From positions 12,151 to 76,150 of the forward strand of contig JAZRRK010000037.1 in NCBI GenBank assembly GCA_045650705.1: 64,000 nt of DNA, given 5' to 3'. Positions 1 to 12,101 of this stretch are shown here, piece after piece (position 1 is the stretch's first letter; every line of letters starts with the position of its first letter). The notes under the pieces are model-generated. The model worked only from the letters and a program-made list of their open reading frames with translations. It had not been told where the DNA came from and did no database searches. Source of the DNA: Clostridia bacterium (GTDB taxonomy: Bacteria > Bacillota > Clostridia > TANB77 > CAG-508). The translations under genes were made by a program, and so were the position numbers.

Positions 1-1011
1 ATAAGGTGTTCCAAATGCTCCCTGAGTTGTAATGCTCATAACACTATATTTTGAAACACATAATTTAGGATTTGAAAGTTTTAGAATTACTTTACTTACA
101 CCATCTTCATATTCTTGTGATATTATACTAGTTTCTAAATTTTCTACTTTTATTTCTGTAATATTTTCTCCTGATGGATTATGAATATTACATGATATTG
201 TTGCTTCATTTTCGTTTTGTTCTAATATTTCTATTGATAATAAATCTGCTAGGTCACTATCTTCTACTTCTGGAAGTGGTATATATTCCTGCCTTGGCAT
301 TACTTCTGGCATATTTATATGTGGATAGTATCCCTTACTTACTAATTCATCTACATTAAATTCTCCACCATTTTTATTTAGTACTTGGTTTTGAAAATTT
401 GTATCCCAAAGTGCTAACATACTTGTTTTTTTACTAACACTATTAGTAAAAGTTTCATCACAAAAATAGTAGCAATTTTCTACAGTTCCACTAGCAGAAC
501 TTACTGTGTTTGGTCCTTTTGTGAATTCTTCCCAGTTACCAATTCCAACAGAATATGAATTTTCTAGCTTTAATCCTGAAGCAACCAGATATACCAAATT
601 GGCAATTTTCTCATTTACACCATCTTGTTTTAATGTATTTATAGAAGCTAAAGTATATACATTCTTTACTGTACCTTTTACGTAATTCTGTCCAGTTATA
701 ACAGATACTTCTCTAGTTTGCCCTTCTGCTAATGGCATTATTGCTTCAATATTTTTTCCATATACATATCCATTTTGGATTGTACCTCTGTTATATCTAC
801 ACACAGCATATAAATGATTGGCTCCATATATTGGTTCTTTCATATTAATTACAAAGTTTTCTATTATTCCTGTTGCCCCATTCATCCAGCCAAATAAATT
901 TATTTCTGTATTAGAAACAGCATTACTTTCTATCAAATTAATCTGTATATTTCTCAAGACCCCATTATTTTCAGCAAAAATTCCGATAGAAGTTTGTAAC
1001 TTCATTTTCAT
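1..1011 (-). CDS. Continuation of the giant surface protein (beta-helix-like repeats). Open to the window edge and in a different frame from 971..4495.
   Basis: My own minus-strand translation from ~1011 down to base 1 gives about 335 codons without a stop (..SIGIFAENNGVLRNIQINLIESNAV..NLFGWMNGATGIIENFVINM..GYYPHINMPEVMPRQEYIPLPE..GAFGTPY). It is absent from the ORF track because it runs off the window. Its repeat unit continues the LFNRIGEQGIVENLVYDI unit at the C-terminus of 971..4495. Confidence 0.7.
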   Translation of the reverse strand, partial: MKMKLQTSIGIFAENNGVLRNIQINLIESNAVSNTEINLFGWMNGATGIIENFVINMKEPIYGANHLYAVCRYNRGTIQNGYVYGKNIEAIMPLAEGQTREVSVITGQNYVKGTVKNVYTLASINTLKQDGVNEKIANLVYLVASGLKLENSYSVGIGNWEEFTKGPNTVSSASGTVENCYYFCDETFTNSVSKKTSMLALWDTNFQNQVLNKNGGEFNVDELVSKGYYPHINMPEVMPRQEYIPLPEVEDSDLADLLSIEILEQNENEATISCNIHNPSGENITEIKVENLETSIISQEYEDGVSKVILKLSNPKLCVSKYSVMSITTQGAFGTPY

Positions 1012-4000
1012 TGTTTAATTTTATATCATATACTAAGTTCTCTACAATACCCTGTTCTCCTATTCTGTTAAAAAGATATCTACTACTCTTAATATCTCTT
1101 ACAAGAGTATGTCCATTAAAATCTAAAACTCCATGCCATTGTGCTCCAGTAAGACAACATGCTCTCCCAGTAAAGTCTAAATCATTTACTACTATATAAT
1201 GTCCATATGGCTGAATCTCTAAAAATTCTTCTTCGTTTGATATTGCTTTTATTTCGTCTTCTTTTTTTATCTCTAGTTCGTAATAATCTAAGGTGTAATA
1301 TCTATCTCTTATTTTTACTAAAAGCTCTATACGGCAAGTTGTTCCTTCTTTTAAATTAGAAAAAGTTTTTATTGCATTTTCTACTTTATGATTTTCGCCT
1401 ATTTCTTCATAACGTTCTTCTTTTATTAGATTATTATTTTCGTATATTCTTATATAATAATCATTTGTTACAATTTCTTGTTTTTTATCTTCTAAGTTTA
1501 CTGACACTTCTAATTCTCTTTGATATGCAAATTCTTCATATCTTGTTTTTTTATCTCCCAGTTCTATCTGTACATTTTTCAGGTTTAGTCCGTAATTTGA
1601 ATTAACCACATTGAAACCTACATACCCTGTTTCATCTACTTGTAACGTGTATTGGTATTCTTTCCATTCGGTATTGCTTAAGTTTGTTATTCTTGTATAA
1701 TTTTGATTTATAGCCTCTTTGCCATTTTGTACCCATATATAATAACTATCTACTTCTCCTAATAACATTGCACTAAATGATAGCGTAACAGTTTGTCCTG
1801 AATATTCTCTTAAGTCATACACGTAATGTTGGTTACCTGTTATAGTTAAAATTCCAGTTTCAGCATTGTATTCTTTTGTATAAGCTCCTTGACTATTAAA
1901 CAAAGAACGGCTTACCCAATTTACTTCTGATGCTACATTTATTAGGTTTTTTCCTGTTCCTTTTTTACTTACAGAATGTAATTTTAGTTCTCCATTAATT
2001 CCCATTTCTGTTATAACTTCTTCTCTGTATATCTCATAGTTTTGCTCGTATGTTGAGTTATCGCTTCCTTCATTGTATTGATCTGCATAATATGCTATTG
2101 TATATGTTTCATTTTCTTCTAGTTTATTATATTGTTTTCTTTCGTATTCTCCATTTGTTTTTATACTTTCTAATATTATAATATTATTTTTTCTATCTCT
2201 TATTTCTAATCTAACACTATTTGTTAGTACTGCTCCATCTTCATCTTGTATTTTTACATCAAAGTCTATTATTTCTCCTGTTACAAATTGATTTTTTATT
2301 AATACTTTTGCTGGTTTCTTCTTAGTTATAAAACTATTTCCTGTTTGTTCTTCTTCTGCTTGTTCCTCTACACTGCCCTGTTTTATTCTTGTATTTATTT
2401 CATAGTTATATTCTGTATTAGAGTTTAAACCTGTTAGTTCTTGCAATATTATTTCTTCTGCTTTTATTTTTTCTTTATCTAAAGATTTGTTATAAATTAT
2501 ATTTTCTTCTTTGTCTTTTACTATTAACTCTATATAATCTATAAGTTGTATCAATCGTTTATCTGTTTTCATTTCATCTATTTGTATTGATAACACTGCT
2601 CGATTTGGCTCTAATTCTGTTATTGCTGTATTCCAATATAGGTTGCCTAAAGATGCTAGTGGCATTGTTGTAAATGTAGCTTCTCCTATTTTATTATTTC
2701 TTCTTATCCCTTTTTCGTCGTCTAAATCATAATCTGCATAAAAGCATATTCTATAATATCCATTGGGGTCTAGGTCTGTTCTCGTTATTTCTTTATCTTT
2801 TTGTTCTAACTTTCCTCTTATTATTTCTTGTTTATTGTCTAATATAACATAATAATAATTTTCTAGTTTTACATTGTCTTTATTATCTAATTTAATTGTC
2901 ATTTCTGTTATATGTACTTCTTGTGTTTTCATTTGTACTCTTACACTTGGTATAGCTTTTGATGTTCTTGTTTTTCCTTTTCCGTTTTCTACTTTTAATT
3001 CATTTCCTTGTTTATCATATATTTGAATTTTATATGTTACTTTTTGGTCTGATTTTACAGTTTCACTTGTTTTGTAGTTAATAGTTTCTCCATTTTTTAG
3101 CTTATTTATATCGCTATTACTTAGTTTGTATTTTATTCCATCTATTTCTATCTCTATTTTTGATATTCCTTTTACTACTTCATCATTTATATCGTTTCCT
3201 ATTTTGAAGTTCTTTATTTCTACTTTGTTTGAATATATCTCTCCTGGTTCATGCTCTAGCTTTATACTTCCTAAATCCTTTATTGTTCCTGTTTTTATTT
3301 TGCCTTTATAGAAAGTTTCTTGTACTTCTTGGTTTTGTTCGTTGTAATATTTATATTGTCCTTCTATTTCAAACTCTGTCTCTGGAACTAGTCCTGTTAT
3401 TTCTAATATTCCACTACTTAGTATTTGTCTTCTTTGATATGTTTTGTTGTTCCTTGTTACTACAAATATTGCCTCAGTTATTCTTCCTTGAGGATCATTT
3501 ATCTGAATATTTGTTTTTGCTGTATATACTCTTGCTTCGAATTCTTCTGCTGTTATTGTTGGTCTTATATAGGCTTGTTCTCCACTTTCTCCTTCTGAAC
3601 CTTCATTTTCTGTGCCTTCACCTTCTATTGCTCCTCCTACACTATTTCCCCCTGTACTTCCTTCTACACCTTCAGTTGCTTCATCATCTTTTTCCTCTTC
3701 TGGTTTTGTTTGTATTTCTGGATTCTCTTCTATTATTCCTAATTTCTTTAGAAAGTCTTCATAGCTTATTTCTTCCATTGTTTCTATTGCTACTTTGCTA
3801 TTTCCATCTATTTCTAATATATTATTATATATTAATTTATCTTCTTCTACTTCATAATATGTTATGTACTCTTCTGTGAAATATATTATGCTATTTACTG
3901 GTATTACATACTCTCCTATTTCTGTTTGTATCTTTATTTCTTTTGTTGTTACATATGTTCCTTCACCTGTTTCTAACAATATGTATTCATTGTTATCTGC

Positions 4001-4495
4001 TTTACTTAAATCATGGGCATTGTACAGCTTTCCTTCTGCTAACATAAAGTTTTCATAGCCTTCTACTTTTTCATAATTTCTTGTTATTATATTTGCATCT
4101 TCTGAGATGTTTAATAGAGCAGATTTTCCATTTACGTATATTGGATAAACTATATCTATATTCTTTTTTTCTTTTCCACCCACATAATAACTTTTTCTCT
4201 TTTCATAGATTGTTTCCTGTTCTTCTACTTTTATTAATGGAATTGCTTGTTCTGCGCTCTCGAAATTTTCACTTTTTAAGTTTTTTGTTACTATTTTTGC
4301 TTCTATTCCATATCCTTCATACATTATTGTACTTATTGGCGCATAACGAAGAGCCATATAATAAAATATTATTAGGATGGCACATATGAGTATAAGCCCT
4401 CCTAATAAAAATATTGGCATATGATTTCTATTAATTTTATTTTCTTTTTTATTATTTCCTTTTTTTATCTTTTCTTTTTTTCTAGATTCTTTCAT
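971..4495 (-). CDS. Giant N-terminally membrane-anchored surface protein with FN3-like repeats, then a beta-helix (GLUG/Zmp-related-like) region.
   Basis: 1174-aa ORF. Lys-rich N-terminus followed by one TM helix (IFLLGGLILICAILIIFYYMAL). An acidic G/E/S linker. Repeated ~90-100 aa units with GLxPxTEY-type motifs. The C-terminal FTGRA..GAQWHGVLDFNGHTL..IGEQGIVENL pattern is typical of parallel beta-helix adhesin or protease-associated domains. The ORF ends at TGA 971-973, but the protein evidently continues in another frame. Confidence 0.75.
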   Translation of the reverse strand: MKESRKKEKIKKGNNKKENKINRNHMPIFLLGGLILICAILIIFYYMALRYAPISTIMYEGYGIEAKIVTKNLKSENFESAEQAIPLIKVEEQETIYEKRKSYYVGGKEKKNIDIVYPIYVNGKSALLNISEDANIITRNYEKVEGYENFMLAEGKLYNAHDLSKADNNEYILLETGEGTYVTTKEIKIQTEIGEYVIPVNSIIYFTEEYITYYEVEEDKLIYNNILEIDGNSKVAIETMEEISYEDFLKKLGIIEENPEIQTKPEEEKDDEATEGVEGSTGGNSVGGAIEGEGTENEGSEGESGEQAYIRPTITAEEFEARVYTAKTNIQINDPQGRITEAIFVVTRNNKTYQRRQILSSGILEITGLVPETEFEIEGQYKYYNEQNQEVQETFYKGKIKTGTIKDLGSIKLEHEPGEIYSNKVEIKNFKIGNDINDEVVKGISKIEIEIDGIKYKLSNSDINKLKNGETINYKTSETVKSDQKVTYKIQIYDKQGNELKVENGKGKTRTSKAIPSVRVQMKTQEVHITEMTIKLDNKDNVKLENYYYVILDNKQEIIRGKLEQKDKEITRTDLDPNGYYRICFYADYDLDDEKGIRRNNKIGEATFTTMPLASLGNLYWNTAITELEPNRAVLSIQIDEMKTDKRLIQLIDYIELIVKDKEENIIYNKSLDKEKIKAEEIILQELTGLNSNTEYNYEINTRIKQGSVEEQAEEEQTGNSFITKKKPAKVLIKNQFVTGEIIDFDVKIQDEDGAVLTNSVRLEIRDRKNNIIILESIKTNGEYERKQYNKLEENETYTIAYYADQYNEGSDNSTYEQNYEIYREEVITEMGINGELKLHSVSKKGTGKNLINVASEVNWVSRSLFNSQGAYTKEYNAETGILTITGNQHYVYDLREYSGQTVTLSFSAMLLGEVDSYYIWVQNGKEAINQNYTRITNLSNTEWKEYQYTLQVDETGYVGFNVVNSNYGLNLKNVQIELGDKKTRYEEFAYQRELEVSVNLEDKKQEIVTNDYYIRIYENNNLIKEERYEEIGENHKVENAIKTFSNLKEGTTCRIELLVKIRDRYYTLDYYELEIKKEDEIKAISNEEEFLEIQPYGHYIVVNDLDFTGRACCLTGAQWHGVLDFNGHTLVRDIKSSRYLFNRIGEQGIVENLVYDIKLNNENEVTNFYRNFC

Positions 4496-4512
4496 CTGTG
4501 TTGCCTCCCCTT

Positions 4513-5223
4513 CTATTTCTCAAACTCAAAACTTCGTAATATTTCTATTTTCTTTAATAATAATTGTTCTTTTTCTTGATATTTTAAAGAATCTGTACTT
4601 AAGTTTATTTCATACGCCTCAGTTTTTGCAGTTACATCTCCATAATTTGCTTCTTCTATGATTGTATACTTATCCTCTTGTTTTTGATATATTTCTACTG
4701 TTTGTCTATATGAAACTATGGCATATGAAAGTCTAGATAATTCATACGTTTGTTCTCCTACAGTTAGTGTAACAGGCTCTAAAAAAATGTATAAGTCATT
4801 TCCATCAAATAAGAATGAATTTCTTACTTGCTTTTTATATCCCTCATATTGTATATATGGAATATTATCTTCTAATTGCACCGCTGAAAAATGGTTTACT
4901 CTTTGCATATTACCTTCATCTACAGGAAATACTATTGCCATATCTTCTGGCAATAATAATTTGTTTTCTATATCTTGATAATATATTGGTGTACTATCTA
5001 ACTCAATTTTTACATCTTCCATCTGTAAATTTGTTATACCATTATTTTGTTTGCTTATTTCTAAATTTCCTTTATATTCTACTCTTCTTCCACCAAAGTA
5101 TTGATAAAATTGATGTTCTTCTAGTTTATTAGTATTTAAATTTGAAATATATTTTGCTATAATTACAATTACTGCCATCATCACAAAAACAAATATTATT
5201 TTTATAATACCATCTTTTTTCAT
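4513..5223 (-). CDS. Membrane-anchored protein of unknown function (single N-terminal TM).
   Basis: 236-aa ORF with N-terminal TM IIKIIFVFVMMAVIVIIAKYI. Its start overlaps the upstream ORF by 4 nt, and it ends 17 nt before the giant gene. Confidence 0.6.
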   Translation of the reverse strand: MKKDGIIKIIFVFVMMAVIVIIAKYISNLNTNKLEEHQFYQYFGGRRVEYKGNLEISKQNNGITNLQMEDVKIELDSTPIYYQDIENKLLLPEDMAIVFPVDEGNMQRVNHFSAVQLEDNIPYIQYEGYKKQVRNSFLFDGNDLYIFLEPVTLTVGEQTYELSRLSYAIVSYRQTVEIYQKQEDKYTIIEEANYGDVTAKTEAYEINLSTDSLKYQEKEQLLLKKIEILRSFEFEK

Positions 5224-5514
5224 CTTTTCATTCTCTTTCCTCTCTTTTTAGGTTTTATTATATCTTCTACATTTTTTAAGAAGAAGTACATGGCATATAA
5301 TGTTACAAACATCATTAATGCAATTTCTACTTGTAATATATAGTTTTCATTGCTTATTTCTACTCTGTAGCCATGAAGAATATCTACAAAGTAAATTATA
5401 GTGGATTGGGCTATTATATTAATAGTTTCAAATATTGCTTTTCTAGGTGTTAATATTACATAAATTATTCCTGCTGTTATTATCATAACTATCATTGCTT
5501 CTATATTAATTTGA

Positions 5515-5537
<23 letters not shown>
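5220..5537 (-). CDS. Small polytopic membrane protein, unknown function.
   Basis: 105-aa ORF with a GTG start, about 3 hydrophobic helices and a Lys/Arg-rich C-terminus. It overlaps both neighbours. Confidence 0.45.
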
Positions 5538-8168
<2,631 letters not shown>

Positions 8169-8172
<4 letters not shown>

Positions 8173-9512
8173 CTATTTTCCTCACCTAACTCTTTAAATT
8201 TATCAAGGATTTGTTTCTCAGAAAGTGGGCAATATTTAGGTTGTTTAAGCTCTTCTTGTATTTTTCTTCCTTCTAGCATTTTTCTTCTTAGTTCTGGACT
8301 CATTTCATCCATATTTGCAAGTTCGTATACTTCTTTAGTTTCTAAGTAGCTTAGGAATTTTCTTCTTACACTTGCTCCTAGCTTTTTCATTTTTTCGTTT
8401 TGTACTGCTCCTCCAAGTCTTGATACTGATACTCCATAGTTTATAGCTGGTTTTTGACCTTTACTGAATTCTTTTTCAGAAAGCACTATTTGTCCATCTG
8501 TAATTGATATTATGTTTGTTGAAATATAATCTGTTATATCTCCACCTTTAGTTTCTACTATTGGTAATATTGTGATTGAACCACCATTTTTATGTTGACA
8601 TCCTTTTTCTAATAGTCTCGAATGTAAGTAGAATATATCTGCTGGATATGCTTCTCTACCTGGTGTTTTTCCAGATATCAAGCTTATTTCTCTGTAGTTA
8701 TCAGCATGTGCTTTTAAGTCATCTATAACTACTAAGACATCTTTTTTCTTATTCATATATTCTTCTGCAATTGATAGCCCTACATATGGAATTAAGCTTA
8801 TTACCGGTGGAGTATCATCATTTGTTGCTACGCACATCATTGTATATGATAATGCATTTCTTTTTAATAATTCATTATATATGTTTCTTATTTCTTTCTT
8901 TGTTTTTCCTACTGCAATATATATACATACTGTATTTTCACCATATTCTTTTCTTATTACACCTTGATTTACAATAGTATCTAGAGCTATTTGTGTTTTT
9001 CCAGTCTTTTTATCTCCTATTATTAATTGTCTTTGACCTTTTCCAATAGGATACATTAGGTCTATACCTGCAATTCCTGTTAACATTGGTCTACATACGT
9101 CTCTCCTATCCATAATAGGAACAATTGGGTTTTCTATGTTTATATATGTTGTTTTTTCAAAACTACGACCAGTTAATAAATCTACTCCGAATAAGTCTGT
9201 TATTCTTCCCATTGCTTCTGGTGCGAAAATTGCTTTAAATTGTTCACCTGTTGAACTTACAGTATCGCCAACTTGAATTGGTGCATATTGTTTAACAATA
9301 GCAATCGTTACAGACTCTTCTTTTATTTGGTTAACATATCCCATTGCTTTTTCCCAAATTGTTACTTTTTCAAAAAAAGATACATTTTCTAATCCTGATA
9401 CTTCGATAATGTAATCTTTTACGCTTATTACTTTCCCTGCTTCAAATACGTTTTGGTCATTTTTAATTTGCTCTATTTTTTTACTTATTAATTCATCAAT
9501 ATGTGTACTCAT
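8169..9512 (-). CDS. atpA: F1 ATPase alpha subunit (divergent, short).
   Basis: 447 aa. Walker A GDKKTGKT (canonical GDRQTGKT), PGREAYPADIFYLHSRLLEK, ISITDGQIVL, VSVSRLGG (arginine-finger region). Confidence 0.88.
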
Positions 9513-9523
9513 TTTTTCTTCTC

Positions 9524-10354
9524 CTATATACTATAATCATACATTTTTCCTTTGTAGTGTATAATAACACCCTCTGACATGTTTTTGTAAAAGTATGTTT
9601 TTATCTTTGGGTCTAAATTATCATATTTTAGGTCTTCTCTACCTATATATATATAGATAGTTGGATCTATTCTTTTTATTCTTTCTTGTAATTTTTCTAT
9701 TAGATTTCTAATTGTAAATTGACCTTTGTGAATTTTGTTTCCGTCTATATTTATCCATTTTCTTTCTTCTTCTGTTAAAACAGATTGTACTAATTCATAT
9801 TGGTCTTCTTTTGATAATGTTGAACATTCATATAATATTTTTTTATTAAATTGATTACAAAAATCTACCAATACTTTATATTCTTTTTCATCTTCATTTG
9901 TTTTATGCTCTGTTATAAATTTTTTTATTGTTTCTTCAATGTCTAAATTGAATTTTTTCTTTAATTGTTTATAATTGCTAAAGAAAGATGCTTCTTTATA
10001 TTGCGGAGTTGGAATATCATATATAACTTCCGGCCTCCTTGGAATCTCTTTTTGTATGCCTTTATATTCTCTCATCTTTGCTAGCACTTCTTCTATTTTT
10101 TCGCTGAATATTTCCTCTGGTGCATTTTGTATTTGCTTTGTTGAATTTAATTTTCTTTTTTCTTCTTCAATTTGCTTTCTTAGGCTTTCTAATTCATTTT
10201 CCTTTTCTTCTACTAAATAGTTATACTCTTGTAACTTATCTAAAAACCATTTTTTCGCACTTTGATTTATTCTTTTTATAACATTATTAAATATGAATAC
10301 TGAAAATCCAAGCATTATAATTACAATTACTATATTTGCTATGATTATTTCCAT
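9524..10354 (-). CDS. Peripheral-stalk-like protein (b-like TM plus coiled coil, with an extra C-terminal domain that may be delta-like).
   Basis: 276 aa. N-terminal TM IIIANIVIVIIMLGFSVFIF followed by a charged coiled coil (EEKENELESLRKQIEEEKRKL). It sits between c and alpha, where atpF-atpH lie in canonical operons. Confidence 0.5.
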   Translation of the reverse strand: MEIIIANIVIVIIMLGFSVFIFNNVIKRINQSAKKWFLDKLQEYNYLVEEKENELESLRKQIEEEKRKLNSTKQIQNAPEEIFSEKIEEVLAKMREYKGIQKEIPRRPEVIYDIPTPQYKEASFFSNYKQLKKKFNLDIEETIKKFITEHKTNEDEKEYKVLVDFCNQFNKKILYECSTLSKEDQYELVQSVLTEEERKWINIDGNKIHKGQFTIRNLIEKLQERIKRIDPTIYIYIGREDLKYDNLDPKIKTYFYKNMSEGVIIHYKGKMYDYSI

Positions 10355-10380
10355 TTTTTACGCTCCTTTTAGCTTTTGTT

Positions 10381-10629
<249 letters not shown>

Positions 10630-10639
10630 TTATCCTCCT

Positions 10640-12085
10640 TTAATAATTTTTTGCTTTTGCTTGTATATTAATTTGTATTGCTTTACCATCAAATTTTGCA
10701 TTTTCTATTTTTAAAATTATGTCTTTTCCATAATGATAATCTAAACTTCCTGTCCATCCAGCCGTTGTGGCAGATTTTTCTAAATCAACCTGTGTTCTCT
10801 CTTTTGCTTCGCCATCAACATATAAAACTATTTCTGCCTCATCTATGTTTTGATTTTTATCTAAAATTAATTCAAAATAGATTTTTGTTAATGTTATTTT
10901 TGTTATTTTTAATGTTGATGTTACTTTTGTTGTTCTCGCTGATGTAATGTCTTCTATACTCTCTTCTAAAATTCCCTCATCATTTATTTGTTTTGTTCCT
11001 AAAGTAATTTTGTATTCTTGATTCTGATTCAAACCAGTAATTCTATATTTGTTTTCTTGTTTATCTAATGCTATTGTTTTTGCAGTTCCTGCTCCATCTA
11101 CTAACAAGTATACTGTTTGATATTTATTTTCTGGATCTATAACATTGTATTCTACATCTATATATGTTGAACCTGTGCTTGTCCCTCTCAATTGTACACT
11201 CTTTGCAAGTTCCGTCTTTTCTGTTCCATTATTATCTGTTTCTATATTTATGTTAGTATTGTTTTGCTGATTATTAATTGTTGTATTATTGTTAATTATT
11301 GTACTTTGATTATTTGTAGTAGTACTTTGATTGTTTGTAATAGTGCTTCCATTATTTATAACCGTACTTTGATTGTTTGTAGATTGAATTATCGTTGCAG
11401 GTTCTTGTTTTTCTTCTGGTTTTACATATTGGTTTGTACTTCCTATAATTTTCTTTAAATCGATTTCTTCATCATTATAAATCAATTTCTCGTTTGCCAC
11501 GTCAAATTTAAATGTTTGTGTATTAATTACCATTGGCTTTATTGTTCTAGAATTTAGTTCATTATTTAATAAATATGTATTTCCTGCTTTATCTATTAAA
11601 ACTAACAAATACCCTGTTGTACTTAGTGAGCCTGTTTCATTTGTAATGGTGTTTCCTATTACTATATATTTTCTATCTCCTAGTTTGTATAATTGGTCTT
11701 CTGATGTTTTTGATATTGTAGTATTTTGTGTTAGTTTTGCAACAGCTCCATCTGTATAAATACGATACATTTTTCCATATAAATTAACTGTTTTTGTACT
11801 TTCTTGATATGCTACACATTGTGTTCCTAATTTGTATTCTTCATTTGTATCGTTTGTCTTTAAATAATAACTGCCTGTCCACTTTTTTTGTATAGTAGCC
11901 TCTTCTTCTAATTGTATTGGGTTATATTCTTCATCATAGAGAAAGTTATCGCTTTCTATTATATACTCTTCTTTTGGCATTTTTAGTACCATACTCAAAC
12001 ACCAAATTAATATGGCAATAATTCCTATTATGATTATTGTGAATATAGCAAACGATTTCTTATTGCCTGCCGTTAACTTTCTCAT
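10640..12085 (-). CDS. Membrane-anchored surface protein with an N/Q/S/T-rich linker and FN3-like C-terminal domains.
   Basis: I place the start at ATG 12085 (MRKLTAG..) behind AAGGAGG. The ORF-track start at 12121 overlaps the upstream gene. TM helix FAIFTIIIIGIIAILIWCL. GLNQNQEYKITL is an FN3-type motif. The stop lies 13 nt before the c-like gene. Confidence 0.65.
   Translation of the reverse strand: MRKLTAGNKKSFAIFTIIIIGIIAILIWCLSMVLKMPKEEYIIESDNFLYDEEYNPIQLEEEATIQKKWTGSYYLKTNDTNEEYKLGTQCVAYQESTKTVNLYGKMYRIYTDGAVAKLTQNTTISKTSEDQLYKLGDRKYIVIGNTITNETGSLSTTGYLLVLIDKAGNTYLLNNELNSRTIKPMVINTQTFKFDVANEKLIYNDEEIDLKKIIGSTNQYVKPEEKQEPATIIQSTNNQSTVINNGSTITNNQSTTTNNQSTIINNNTTINNQQNNTNINIETDNNGTEKTELAKSVQLRGTSTGSTYIDVEYNVIDPENKYQTVYLLVDGAGTAKTIALDKQENKYRITGLNQNQEYKITLGTKQINDEGILEESIEDITSARTTKVTSTLKITKITLTKIYFELILDKNQNIDEAEIVLYVDGEAKERTQVDLEKSATTAGWTGSLDYHYGKDIILKIENAKFDGKAIQINIQAKAKNY
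11225..11392 (-). repeat. Imperfect tandem repeats encoding the NNQST-type low-complexity linker.
   Basis: gtactttgattgtttgt-like units recur at least 3 times. The protein reads QSTNNQSTVINNGSTITNNQSTTTNNQSTIINNNTTINNQQNNTNIN. Confidence 0.6.
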
Positions 12086-12101
12086 GATTTTTTCCTCCTT
12101 A

